From Dehalococcoidia bacterium (GTDB lineage: Bacteria; Chloroflexota; Dehalococcoidia; Lucifugimonadales; UBA3495): a stretch of DNA of 64,000 bases. Positions 28,207-37,236 of the stretch are shown here, piece after piece. Below the pieces are notes generated by a model. It was not told where the DNA came from, did not search any database, and saw nothing but the letters and a program-made list of their open reading frames with translations. Numbering within the stretch: the first letter of the stretch is position 1; each line of letters begins with the position of its first letter. Made by a program: the position numbers and the translations under genes. The DNA lies in the NCBI GenBank assembly GCA_034428795.1, contig DAOUHF010000035.1, positions 131 to 64,130 on the forward strand, in the 5' to 3' direction.

Positions 28207-29595
28207 TCAACTCCCCAGCTTCATAATGACGAGCCCCGCTTCGTGGCCCGGGCCGTCGCACTCGTTGAGCCGGGCCAGCAGATGCTCTTCGGCCTCCAGG
28301 ATTCTCTGGCTGACCACCGGCTCGGCCTGTGAGAATTCGACGCCGAGCGGCGAGTCCAGGTCCCACCGCTCGGTGACGGAACATTCCAGACCAGCCCGGC
28401 GGCTCGCCGCCTCATACTCGCGGCGGACTCTGCCGAACTCCTGCTCGCTGCGGTAGGGAATGGGGATGACGTAATAATCGCTGGAAAGGTACAGTCCCAA
28501 CTCGTTGTCGAACACCTGCATCAGGTCGGTATAGGGCATCCAGCCCTCCAGGGCGAAAAAGAAGTTCTCCGGGATGTCCTGTGGCGCGCGGTGGTAGTAG
28601 AAGTCTTCCTCGGCCTCGATCATCTTGATCTTTACGGGCGTCTTGTCTTCGCAACCCAGGAGGCGCTCGGCCTCCGGGCCCCGTAGAAACAGGAAGGGAA
28701 TGTTGCCGTTGGTGGCGTCTACCAGCACCGGCTCCCCGCCGATATCATACAGCAGGGCGGTATGCTGCCAGAACCGGGTGTACCGCCGGGAGAAACGGAA
28801 GTCGAAGGTTACCAGAAGCTCTCGCAGCTTCTCCGCCGGCAGCGTTCCGGAGGCGTTGGGTCCGGCGACGAGGTACTCGGATTCGAGGCCGTAATGGTCG
28901 GTAAGGAACTTCAGCGCCTGCACCTTTTCCGAGCAGATCGCCCCGGCGCCCTCCATAATGTTGTCGATGGTCTCGTCCCCTGACTTGTAGACCAGCTTCC
29001 TGCCGACGAACCGGGAGTAGTTCTCGAATTGGGCGTTCCAGACCCTCTGGGCCAACGCCTCCAGCAGCTTGAGGCCCAACCCGGACGACGCGCCTTCGAG
29101 AATCCGCCCGGCTTCCGAGGGTCCGAAACGGTCCGTCAGCGTCTGATGCACAAAGGCGGAGTATTTCGCGTCGTCTCGCTGCCACTTGCGGGCGTGGAAG
29201 CCCGGCCAGTTCCGATGGTAGGCGCCGTTGGTGCGGTCGATGTTGATGTCAATGACAGGGACCGGCCGCCCCCCGATCAGCACCGGGTGACGGGCGGGAA
29301 TTCCGTCCAGTCCGATGTGCCGGTCCAGGTCTTTGAAAGTCATCTCCGGGACCAGGTCCAGGAGACGGCCGCTGTCGGAGCAGAGGTACAGCAGGTCCTG
29401 CAGGGCGTACAGGGCGCCGGCGGAGTCCGGGGTAATCCGGCCCTCCCGCAGCATCCGGTCTACGGGGGCGTGCTTGACATACCGGTCCAGCAAGTACCTC
29501 AAGGGCCGGGACCCCTCGCCGGCGTCGATCCGGAGGGCGCACTTTCTGGTGGAGACCAAGTCGGAGAACTGGAGTATCAAGTCACCGGACGGCAT
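28207..29595 (-). CDS. Uncharacterised protein with a putative transglutaminase/papain-like Cys-His-Asp core
   Basis: 462 aa. GAGAICSEKVQALKFLTDHYGLESEYLVAG (Cys221, codon 28935..28933) and about 57 aa later WQHTALLYDIGGEPVLVDATNG (His278, Asp293) follow the transglutaminase-like GxC...H...D pattern. The ORF is solid; the fold call is an inference. Confidence 0.45.
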   Translation of the reverse strand: MPSGDLILQFSDLVSTRKCALRIDAGEGSRPLRYLLDRYVKHAPVDRMLREGRITPDSAGALYALQDLLYLCSDSGRLLDLVPEMTFKDLDRHIGLDGIPARHPVLIGGRPVPVIDINIDRTNGAYHRNWPGFHARKWQRDDAKYSAFVHQTLTDRFGPSEAGRILEGASSGLGLKLLEALAQRVWNAQFENYSRFVGRKLVYKSGDETIDNIMEGAGAICSEKVQALKFLTDHYGLESEYLVAGPNASGTLPAEKLRELLVTFDFRFSRRYTRFWQHTALLYDIGGEPVLVDATNGNIPFLFLRGPEAERLLGCEDKTPVKIKMIEAEEDFYYHRAPQDIPENFFFALEGWMPYTDLMQVFDNELGLYLSSDYYVIPIPYRSEQEFGRVRREYEAASRRAGLECSVTERWDLDSPLGVEFSQAEPVVSQRILEAEEHLLARLNECDGPGHEAGLVIMKLGS

Positions 29596-30781
29596 GGGGC
29601 CCGGCCCCCCAGCGGGCGGCGAAGTGGTCGTAGGTGAACCGGCTCTTCAAGACCGGCGCGCCGGAAGGCGGCAGCGCGTAGACCGAAGGGAGTCCGATTC
29701 CGTTGAAGGAATGGGCCTTGGTCATGGTGTACGAACCGGCGTTGTTGAAGAACACCCTGTCCCCCACACCCAAGACGCGCTCGAACCGGTAGGAGCCGAA
29801 CAGGTCTCCGGCCAGGCAGGTGCTTCCCGCCAGCAGGTATTCGTGGGCTGCGTCGTCGTCGTGTCCGATCACGTCGGGCCGGAAGCCGTACTCGAGCACC
29901 TCGGGCATATGGTTCACCGTGGTGTCCAGCACTGCTATTTGCTTGCCGTCGCTGGGGAACACGTCCAGCACCGTGGACACGATGTATCCGGCGGAGCGCA
30001 CCAGGGCGGAGCCGGGTTCGAAGAACACGTCCAGCCGCGGCCCGGAGGCTCCGGCCTGTCGCCTGAGGAGGCTCACCGCCTCGATGAACGGCCTGTAGTC
30101 CGAGTCTTCGTCAAAAAGATACCCGCCGCCGAGGTTGATCCACCGGAGGCGCGCCAGCACCGGCGCGGCTTGAGCACAGACCAGCTTTACCGTTTCCAGC
30201 AGCTCCGTGAAATCGGTGGAGTCGCAGTTTGAATGGAACAGGACGCCCGTCAGCCCGTCGAACCGCTCCGGTTCCCGGTCGAACGCCGCAACCATGTCCA
30301 GCAGGGGGACGCCCAGCTTCGAGTGGGGCCGGCAGGGGTCGTAGCGTTCGTCGTCGGCAAAGGACATCTGAGGATTCACGCGCAGCCCGCAACTCGCCAT
30401 GCCTTTGATACGGTCCCGGTACCGGTCCCACTGGCCCAGTGAATTGAAGGAGACGAAGTCGCACAAGCCGCCGATCTCGTCGATTTCGCTTTCCTTGACG
30501 CCCGGCGTGGTAAGGTGGACCGCCCCACGGTGGCCGTTGGGCCGGTCTTTGAGGGAGGCCTGGGCCAAGCGCGCCTCAAAGAGCGAACTTACTGAGAACC
30601 CGTCAAGTTCCGGGGCCATCAGCTTGAGGGCGTCCAGGACCGAGAAGGACTTGATGGCAAACAGGAGCCGGCAATCTCCGTCCCGGCGCAGCTTCCGTCC
30701 GACTTGAAGCAGACGCCGGATAGCCGTCTCGTCGTAAACGAAGGCCGGCGTGTCGACGGCGTCAAGCCCGGCCGGATACAT
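29582..30781 (-). CDS. nspC: Carboxynorspermidine/carboxyspermidine decarboxylase-like PLP enzyme
   Basis: 399 aa. TPAFVYDE, LFAIKSF (PLP lysine), GFSVSSLFEARLA, VSFNSLGQW, GLRVNPQMSF and DPCRPHSKLG resemble NspC/CANSDC rather than LysA or SpeC. It overlaps both flanking genes. Confidence 0.75.
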   Translation of the reverse strand: MYPAGLDAVDTPAFVYDETAIRRLLQVGRKLRRDGDCRLLFAIKSFSVLDALKLMAPELDGFSVSSLFEARLAQASLKDRPNGHRGAVHLTTPGVKESEIDEIGGLCDFVSFNSLGQWDRYRDRIKGMASCGLRVNPQMSFADDERYDPCRPHSKLGVPLLDMVAAFDREPERFDGLTGVLFHSNCDSTDFTELLETVKLVCAQAAPVLARLRWINLGGGYLFDEDSDYRPFIEAVSLLRRQAGASGPRLDVFFEPGSALVRSAGYIVSTVLDVFPSDGKQIAVLDTTVNHMPEVLEYGFRPDVIGHDDDAAHEYLLAGSTCLAGDLFGSYRFERVLGVGDRVFFNNAGSYTMTKAHSFNGIGLPSVYALPPSGAPVLKSRFTYDHFAARWGAGPHAVR

Positions 30782-32225
30782 GCCCAGCCCTCTCGGCCGT
30801 CACTTGCCGGATGGGACGGCGGACGGCCCCGGGGTCGATACCCGCCCGCATCGCCGCCATGACGCCGGCTGCCTCCCAGTAATTGTCAACCAGATGGAAC
30901 TGACCGGCCCGCCACGGCAGTTGTGACAGGTCGTTCCTCATCAGGTTCTCGTTCTCCCGCACCGCGATGACCGGGATGCCCTGCTCCAGCGCCGCCGCGG
31001 TGGGCAGCCCCAGGCAGCCGTCGGGAATCACCAGGCAGGAAACGTCCTCCACGGACAGGACGTGGGGCGCGCCCATTTCGGCAGGCTCGGTGACTATCCT
31101 GGGACTTCGCTGCAGCCCCTTCAGCACCGACTGCAGGAAGGTGAGCGAGATGGCTTCGGCGGCCAGCCGGGGATCGACGACGCCCGTGTCAACCTCCATC
31201 GCGGCTTGGGACTCCAGCATTGGCGAGTGGGCCGAGGGCACGTCGTAGATGCTGGAGATGGTATGGGTCAGCATGGATTCGACTCCACCCCAAGGGTTGA
31301 CCATGCTGCCGTCGCTGCCGAAATAGTCGCCGTGGTAATGGAAGGGAACGGTGATGACCGAGGACATCGCCACCGCGTCGTATTCCCCCCGGTGTTGGTC
31401 CAGCACGTCCACGACGCGGCTCAGGCCCTCCACCTCCCCCGCCGCCCGCGCCGAGCCGGTGTACTGCGACCTCATGATCAGCGGCGGGTCCAGCTCTATC
31501 ACCTTGGGGCACGTCAGGCCGTAAGACGCACGGGCCGCGTTGACGGCGTTGACCGCCATCGCCGGAAAGAGCGGGTCGGGATGGGAGCTGATCAGCGCCA
31601 GAACCCGGTTGCTTCTGACCGGCTGCAGGCCCGCCGTGCCCATCAGCAGGCGCGAAATGACGCTTCCCTCGACGTAGAGGCCGTTTTCGGGCAGCTCGTT
31701 TATGTCGGAGGCGTTGACCACGTTCGGATGAGTGACCAGCCGGTCGCAGATGGAAGCCAGCAGGCGGGCGACCGGCGTCGCGTCCCCGGCGTGGCCTCCG
31801 ATGGCGGCCCCAATGCCGGTCGGGACCAGCAATACCGCGTTGAAGCTCCCGGTGTTCTCCGTCCGGCGTTGGCGGTACCGGAACATCAGCCCGCTGGGGA
31901 AACGCCGGCCATTTTCCAGACCCTCTTCCCGGACGGTGGTAACCTCGCAGCGGCAGGCGGCGCCGTCCGACTCGGTTACGACGAACCTGACCGGCGCGAG
32001 GCCCTCGGGCAGACACGCCATAGTCTGCCCGGCCCACCAATCGAGGACGGTGACGCCTGGGGGCGCGGCGGGAATGTCCAGCGTGATTTCCGACAAGAAC
32101 ACTGTTGGTTTCGTCTCCGGCGGAACTGCCAGTAGATTATAACCCCTGCCATCTACTCCCGTGATTCCAGTTTGCAATTGAGACTCCCAAGATCGCCGGC
32201 GTATCGGAAACGCCGGACTTGACAT
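30762..32225 (-). CDS. DUF3326-like protein with an extra N-terminal domain of about 125 aa
   Basis: 487 aa. LLVPTGIGAAIGGHAGDATPVARLLASICDRLVTHPNVVNASD matches the DUF3326 motif as I recall it (cyanobacteria and plastids). Its 3' end overlaps the nspC-like start by 20 bp. The 5' end is uncertain: the first ~30 codons are lower in GC and an internal GTG is possible. Confidence 0.5.
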   Translation of the reverse strand: MSSPAFPIRRRSWESQLQTGITGVDGRGYNLLAVPPETKPTVFLSEITLDIPAAPPGVTVLDWWAGQTMACLPEGLAPVRFVVTESDGAACRCEVTTVREEGLENGRRFPSGLMFRYRQRRTENTGSFNAVLLVPTGIGAAIGGHAGDATPVARLLASICDRLVTHPNVVNASDINELPENGLYVEGSVISRLLMGTAGLQPVRSNRVLALISSHPDPLFPAMAVNAVNAARASYGLTCPKVIELDPPLIMRSQYTGSARAAGEVEGLSRVVDVLDQHRGEYDAVAMSSVITVPFHYHGDYFGSDGSMVNPWGGVESMLTHTISSIYDVPSAHSPMLESQAAMEVDTGVVDPRLAAEAISLTFLQSVLKGLQRSPRIVTEPAEMGAPHVLSVEDVSCLVIPDGCLGLPTAAALEQGIPVIAVRENENLMRNDLSQLPWRAGQFHLVDNYWEAAGVMAAMRAGIDPGAVRRPIRQVTAERAGHVSGRA

Positions 32226-32358
32226 GGGCCCTGATGGCGCCGACCATCCGTGAGTTGCCGCCGGAGGTTATCGACGACACGTTGGGCTTAATGGTGAAGC
32301 ACCAGGACGACATTGAGGTAGTGAGTGTCGGGCCTCTTGGTGCAAAGAGAAGCAACTG

Positions 32359-33561
32359 ATGGTCAATCCCGGGAAAGCTCTAAACGTAGCCGTCATTGGC
32401 GCCGGCATCCTGGGCGCCGCCATCGCCTGGTGTCTGGCGCAGCGCGGCGTCCGCGTCGCCCTCATCGACAAGGGCGAGCCTGGGCACGGCGCGTCAAGCC
32501 ACAGCTTTGCCTGGATCAATGCCGGGGCGAAAGAGCCCATCGGGTATCACAACCTGAACCGCCGCTCCCTGGAGATGTGGCCCCGTTTCGCCGCCGGCAT
32601 CGGCGATCACGGAGACCCGGACAGCGTCGGCCTCCGTTGGGGCGGCAAGGTTTCTTGGCAGTCCGACCCGGTGGCCGCCGAGGGGTTGGCGGCCCGGGTG
32701 CGGCAACTCCAGTCCTGGGGCTACCCCACCCGTCTGATCGACGCCGACGAGCTGAAGCGTCTGGAACCGGCGCTGGACGTTGGCCCGGTGGCCGCCGCCG
32801 AGTACAGTCCCAACGAAGGACAGGTGGAGCCGCAAATGGTGGTCGATGCGTGCCTCCGTCGCCTTTGGGAAATGGGTTGTGAGATTCATGCCGGCACGGA
32901 AGTCAATGGATTCGAGCGGTATGATGACGGCCGGATCCACGGCCTGGCAACCTCCTCGGGCTCCAGGGGTGTGGATGCAGTGGTCATTGCCGCGGGCGCC
33001 GCAACCACTCGCCTGGCGGCCTTGGCCGGCGTCAACGTGCCCCAAGCGGAAAGTCCCGGCGTGGTGATACGAACAAACCCACTGCCGCCCTTGCTCCACA
33101 ACGTGCCGGTGGTGTACGCGCCGGCGTTGGGCAGTGGCCGCCGGGAGATTCATTTGCGACAGTGCGCCGACGGCCGCCTGATGATCGGCGAAGGCGACCA
33201 GGAAAGTCTGGCCGAAGACGACACCCAGGCCCACGCCGACGACCTGCTGGCCAGGGCATGCCGCTATCTGCCGGGACTCATCGGTGCGCAGGCCGTTCCG
33301 GTGCCGGTGGGCTGGCGTCCTATGCCCCTGGACGGCTATCCGGTGATGGGGTTTGCGTCCGAGGCGCCCAACCTGTACCTGGCCCTCACCCACAGCGGCG
33401 TTACTCTGGCTCCGGCGTTGAGTCAACTGGCCGCCCAGGAAATCTGCGACGGGACGCCGGCAGACGCGGTGCTGGGGCCCTATCGCCCGCAACGGTTCGC
33501 CGGTCTGACAGAGGAGGAAGCGGCGGCGGCCGCGCACCCCCGCGCCGCCAAAATACGCTGA
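32359..33561 (+). CDS. FAD-dependent oxidoreductase (DAO / glycine-D-amino-acid oxidase family)
   Basis: 400 aa; the N-terminus VAVIGAGILGAAIAWCLAQRGVRVALIDKG is a dinucleotide-binding fold. Confidence 0.85.
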   Translation: MVNPGKALNVAVIGAGILGAAIAWCLAQRGVRVALIDKGEPGHGASSHSFAWINAGAKEPIGYHNLNRRSLEMWPRFAAGIGDHGDPDSVGLRWGGKVSWQSDPVAAEGLAARVRQLQSWGYPTRLIDADELKRLEPALDVGPVAAAEYSPNEGQVEPQMVVDACLRRLWEMGCEIHAGTEVNGFERYDDGRIHGLATSSGSRGVDAVVIAAGAATTRLAALAGVNVPQAESPGVVIRTNPLPPLLHNVPVVYAPALGSGRREIHLRQCADGRLMIGEGDQESLAEDDTQAHADDLLARACRYLPGLIGAQAVPVPVGWRPMPLDGYPVMGFASEAPNLYLALTHSGVTLAPALSQLAAQEICDGTPADAVLGPYRPQRFAGLTEEEAAAAAHPRAAKIR

Positions 33562-33613
33562 CCCGCAAAGCAGCCCCGCCCCCAACTCGACGGGACTCCA
33601 GCCGATTCTGCTT

Positions 33614-33663
33614 GGGAACATCTGAACAAGTCCCTTCCCCCCGATGGGGGAAGGTTAGGATGG
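33614..33663. repeat. Half-copy of the MITE-like family (TIR plus hairpin)
   Basis: gggaacatctgaacaagtcccttccccccgatgggggaaggttaggatgg. Confidence 0.75.
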
Positions 33664-33838
33664 TTCCATAGCTCGAATGGGTAGGACGCGCCGTCTCGGC
33701 TGGTCAGGATGGGCTTGGAACTCATCTGCGGCATCCACTTTGAAGAAGTGGTTGTCTGCTTCCGGCGGTGTTAGGATGCTAACGTCTCCGGCTTGACCAA
33801 CGGGCGGGGACGCACCGATAAAATTGGAGGATCAGCCC

Positions 33839-35050
33839 ATGTCGGGGAAAGGCTTGGATTACTCTACTCTCTTCAACAGGGACCTCCCTCCTCCTCCTTC
33901 GGCTCCGTGGGAAGGTCACCCGAAATACAACTTCATCGGTGGTCACAGCGACCCCGATTTGGTGCCCACGGAAGCGTTCATCGAGTCCGCCGCCAATGTA
34001 TTCCGGGGAGACCCGAGAAACATCTCCATGTATAACTTCGACGGCGGCCCGCAGGGTATTGTCCCGCTGCGCCGGTTTCTGGTTGACAAACTTGCGGCCC
34101 ACCGGGGGATCAATACAACGATTGACGAAGTTCTGATTACTTCAGGGTCCGGCCTTGCGATCGAGTTGATTAACGAAATCCTGTTGGAGGAGGGCGATAC
34201 CGTAATCGTAGAAGCGTTCAGCTTCTCCGGCGCCTTGGGCAATCTGAGACGCCGCAAGGTCAAGATGATCGGTGTCGAGGTAGACCACGACGGCATGCGC
34301 ATGGACCAGTTGGCCCGGGTACTCGAAGACCTGCGGGCCAGGGGAGTGCGTCCCAAGTATATCTATACGATTCCGACTCTCCAGAACCCCACTGGCGCCG
34401 TGATGACCATGGAGCGCCGGTGGCGGATGCTGGAACTGAGCGAAGAATACGGAGTCCCGATATTCGAAGACGAATGCTACGCTGACCTCATATTTGAAGG
34501 CGAATATGAGAACGCGATTCGGTCGTTGGATGACACCAACCGGGTGCTGCACATAGGCTCTTTTTCAAAAACCCTGGGGCCCGGCACACGGCTTGGATAC
34601 GTTGTGGCGCCGTGGGAGGTGATGAGCCGGTTGCTGTCCCGCAAGAATGACGCCGGCACCGGCGTTATGGACCAGATGATTGTGGGCGACTATTTCACCA
34701 ACCACTATGAAGAACACATCCAGGAAGTGCGTTCGGCTTTGAGACGCAAATGCGAGGTGCTCGGCAGCGCCCTCCGTGAGTCGTTCGGACCGAATATCGA
34801 TTTTGAAATGCCCCGTGGCGGGATGTACTTGTGGGTCAAGCTCCCTTCGGGAGTTGATTCCCGCAAATTAGCCATGCCGGCGCTCCGGGAAGGCGTCGCC
34901 TTCAACCCGGGACCGGACTGGTCCGCCGACCCGGAGGAAGCCGCCAACTACATCCGACTTTGCTTTGCTCTCCCCTCCGAAAATGAAATATGGGAAGGGA
35001 TCGAAAAACTCGCGGACGTGTTCCGGAGGGAGGGCGCGCTGCCCGGCTAA
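33839..35050 (+). CDS. PLP-dependent aminotransferase, class I/II (aminoadipate/aromatic type)
   Basis: ATG 33839 has a GGAGG 8 nt upstream. The motifs YTIPTLQNPTG and SFSKTLGPGTRLGY (PLP lysine) are typical. Confidence 0.85.
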   Translation: MSGKGLDYSTLFNRDLPPPPSAPWEGHPKYNFIGGHSDPDLVPTEAFIESAANVFRGDPRNISMYNFDGGPQGIVPLRRFLVDKLAAHRGINTTIDEVLITSGSGLAIELINEILLEEGDTVIVEAFSFSGALGNLRRRKVKMIGVEVDHDGMRMDQLARVLEDLRARGVRPKYIYTIPTLQNPTGAVMTMERRWRMLELSEEYGVPIFEDECYADLIFEGEYENAIRSLDDTNRVLHIGSFSKTLGPGTRLGYVVAPWEVMSRLLSRKNDAGTGVMDQMIVGDYFTNHYEEHIQEVRSALRRKCEVLGSALRESFGPNIDFEMPRGGMYLWVKLPSGVDSRKLAMPALREGVAFNPGPDWSADPEEAANYIRLCFALPSENEIWEGIEKLADVFRREGALPG

Positions 35051-35092
35051 AATCCCCCCGGAGACTGGCAATCTGGAACTGAATATTGGCCA

Positions 35093-37114
35093 TTGGCGGA
35101 CGGCCGTTGGCCAACCGGAGGCGTCTTGGCTATTACGGAATTGGAAATCACCAATCGCACCAGTTTCGCGTCCGGCGAGCGCTTCGGCGAAGTGGGCGCG
35201 TATGAGCTTCTGGAAGGCACGGCCCGCTACGCGGTGGAACCGCTGCACGCCCGGAATCGGGAGATTACGGACCTGGACCTGGCGCCCCGCAATTCCGCCG
35301 GCAGGGTGGAGTTTTCGGCAGACTTCGCCATGCTCCAGCCGGTGAACATCGACAGAGGCAACCGCCGCATCCTGTTCGACGTGGTGAACCGGGGCCGGAA
35401 GACCGCCCTGACAATGAACAGCGTCCCCATCGCTACTGACCCCATCGCGCCCCTGGAAGCGGGCAACGGCTACCTGATGCGCCGGGGCTACACGGTGGTC
35501 TGGGGCGGCTGGCAGGCCGACGTGCCGCCCACTCCCGGACTCATCGGACTTCAGGGACCGGAAGCCATCGGGCCCCAAGGGCCCTTGACCGGCAAGATTC
35601 TCTGCCAGTTCCAGTGCAACGAACCCACCCATCTGTTCCTGCTCGCAGACCGGCAGCACCTGCCCAATCCCGCCGCCGACCCTGAAGAAGCGGAGGCCGC
35701 CCTGACGGTGCGAGACCTGCCCAACAGTCCCGCCACGCCCGTTGACCGGGGCCAGTGGTCCTTCGTCCGGGTCGAGGATGAGGACGTGGAGCCGCGGCAC
35801 AGCCACGTCTACATGCCCTCCGGGTTCGAGCCGGGAAAGATTTACCAGTTGGTCTACACCACAACCGGCAGCCGGATCGTGGGACTGGGGTTCGCTGCGA
35901 TGCGGGATGCGGTCTCCTTCCTGAAATATGCCCCGGCCTCGGCGGGAAACCCCTGCGCCGGGGCTGTCGACTACGCCTACGCCATGGGCCGTTCCCAGAG
36001 CGGACGCTTCCTGCGCCAGTACATCCACGTCGGCATCAACGAGGACGAAGAGGACCGGACGGCCCTGGACGGGATCATCCCTCACGTGGCGGGCGGGATG
36101 CGCGGCGAATTCAACCTGCGCTTCGGACAGCCCTCCAAGGACGTCTGTTACATCATCCCGGAGATGTTCCCCTTCACCGACACCTCGCAGACAGACCCGG
36201 TGACCGGCGCCCAGGGTTCCCTGCTAGACGCCATGGAGCGGCGGGGCAAGGCGCCCAAAATCATGTTCACCAACACCTCCGCCGAGTACTGGCGTGGTGA
36301 TGCCGCACTGATCCACACCGACCTTGAGAGCCTGACCGACGCTGCGGAGTCGCCGTCGGTCCGCCGCTACCACTTCGCCGGTTGCCAGCACGGCTCGGGC
36401 GAGTTTCCTCCGTTGGAATTCCGTGCGAGTGACGGGATCAAGGGACAGCTTCCCCTCAACAGCGTGGACTACGCTCCCCTGTTGCGGGCCGCGCTGGATA
36501 ACCTGGACCGCTGGGTCACTACGGGCGAAGAGCCTCCCGCCAGCCGTCATCCCAGCCTGAACGACGGCACGGCGGTGGAGTCCCATTCGCTGCTGGAACG
36601 ATTCGCCCAACTCCCGCGCGTGCGGGTCCCGGGCCACACCACCAGGGCGATCAGGCTGGACTACGGCCCGGAGTCGCACCTGGGGCGCACCACCAAGTTG
36701 CCCGCCGACGAGGGAGCGGAGTTCCCGGCGCTGGTGGCCGACCTTGACGAGTCCTTCAACGAGCGGGCCGGCATCCGCCTGCCGGACCTGACGGTCCCGG
36801 TGGCCACCTACACCGGCTGGAACCTGCGCGACGAGAGCATCGGCAACCCCGGCCTATTGATCGGCATCACCGGCGGCCTTGCCGGATGGACCCTCCCTCT
36901 GCCCGCTACCGAAGCCGGGCGCGAGTCCGCCGGCGACCCGCGAACATCCATCGAGGAACGCTACGCCAACCGTGAGGACTACCTGGAGCAGGTGACCCGC
37001 GCCGCAATGGACCTGGTGGCCGAGGGCTACCTGCTGGAGGAAGACGTGCCCGAAGTGGTTGACCTGGCGGGGCGGAAGTACGATTACTTTGCGGGAGACG
37101 GCGGGGAGCGCTGA
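35093..37114 (+). CDS. Large hypothetical protein, possibly with a C-terminal alpha/beta-hydrolase-type domain
   Basis: 673-aa ORF with coding-like composition and a TTG start (uncertain). GRSQSGRFLRQY resembles a GxSxG-type elbow. I recognise no firm family. Confidence 0.45.
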   Translation: MADGRWPTGGVLAITELEITNRTSFASGERFGEVGAYELLEGTARYAVEPLHARNREITDLDLAPRNSAGRVEFSADFAMLQPVNIDRGNRRILFDVVNRGRKTALTMNSVPIATDPIAPLEAGNGYLMRRGYTVVWGGWQADVPPTPGLIGLQGPEAIGPQGPLTGKILCQFQCNEPTHLFLLADRQHLPNPAADPEEAEAALTVRDLPNSPATPVDRGQWSFVRVEDEDVEPRHSHVYMPSGFEPGKIYQLVYTTTGSRIVGLGFAAMRDAVSFLKYAPASAGNPCAGAVDYAYAMGRSQSGRFLRQYIHVGINEDEEDRTALDGIIPHVAGGMRGEFNLRFGQPSKDVCYIIPEMFPFTDTSQTDPVTGAQGSLLDAMERRGKAPKIMFTNTSAEYWRGDAALIHTDLESLTDAAESPSVRRYHFAGCQHGSGEFPPLEFRASDGIKGQLPLNSVDYAPLLRAALDNLDRWVTTGEEPPASRHPSLNDGTAVESHSLLERFAQLPRVRVPGHTTRAIRLDYGPESHLGRTTKLPADEGAEFPALVADLDESFNERAGIRLPDLTVPVATYTGWNLRDESIGNPGLLIGITGGLAGWTLPLPATEAGRESAGDPRTSIEERYANREDYLEQVTRAAMDLVAEGYLLEEDVPEVVDLAGRKYDYFAGDGGER

Positions 37115-37236
37115 ATTTGCCCGGAATTGGGGTAATGCAGGCGTGGCCGCTGCCGTCCCCATCCGCCGCAGCTCCGGCAGCGTTGCCTCACCGGTGGTCT
37201 AATTGACTGATGGCGGGCCCCCTTGAGAAACATCTG

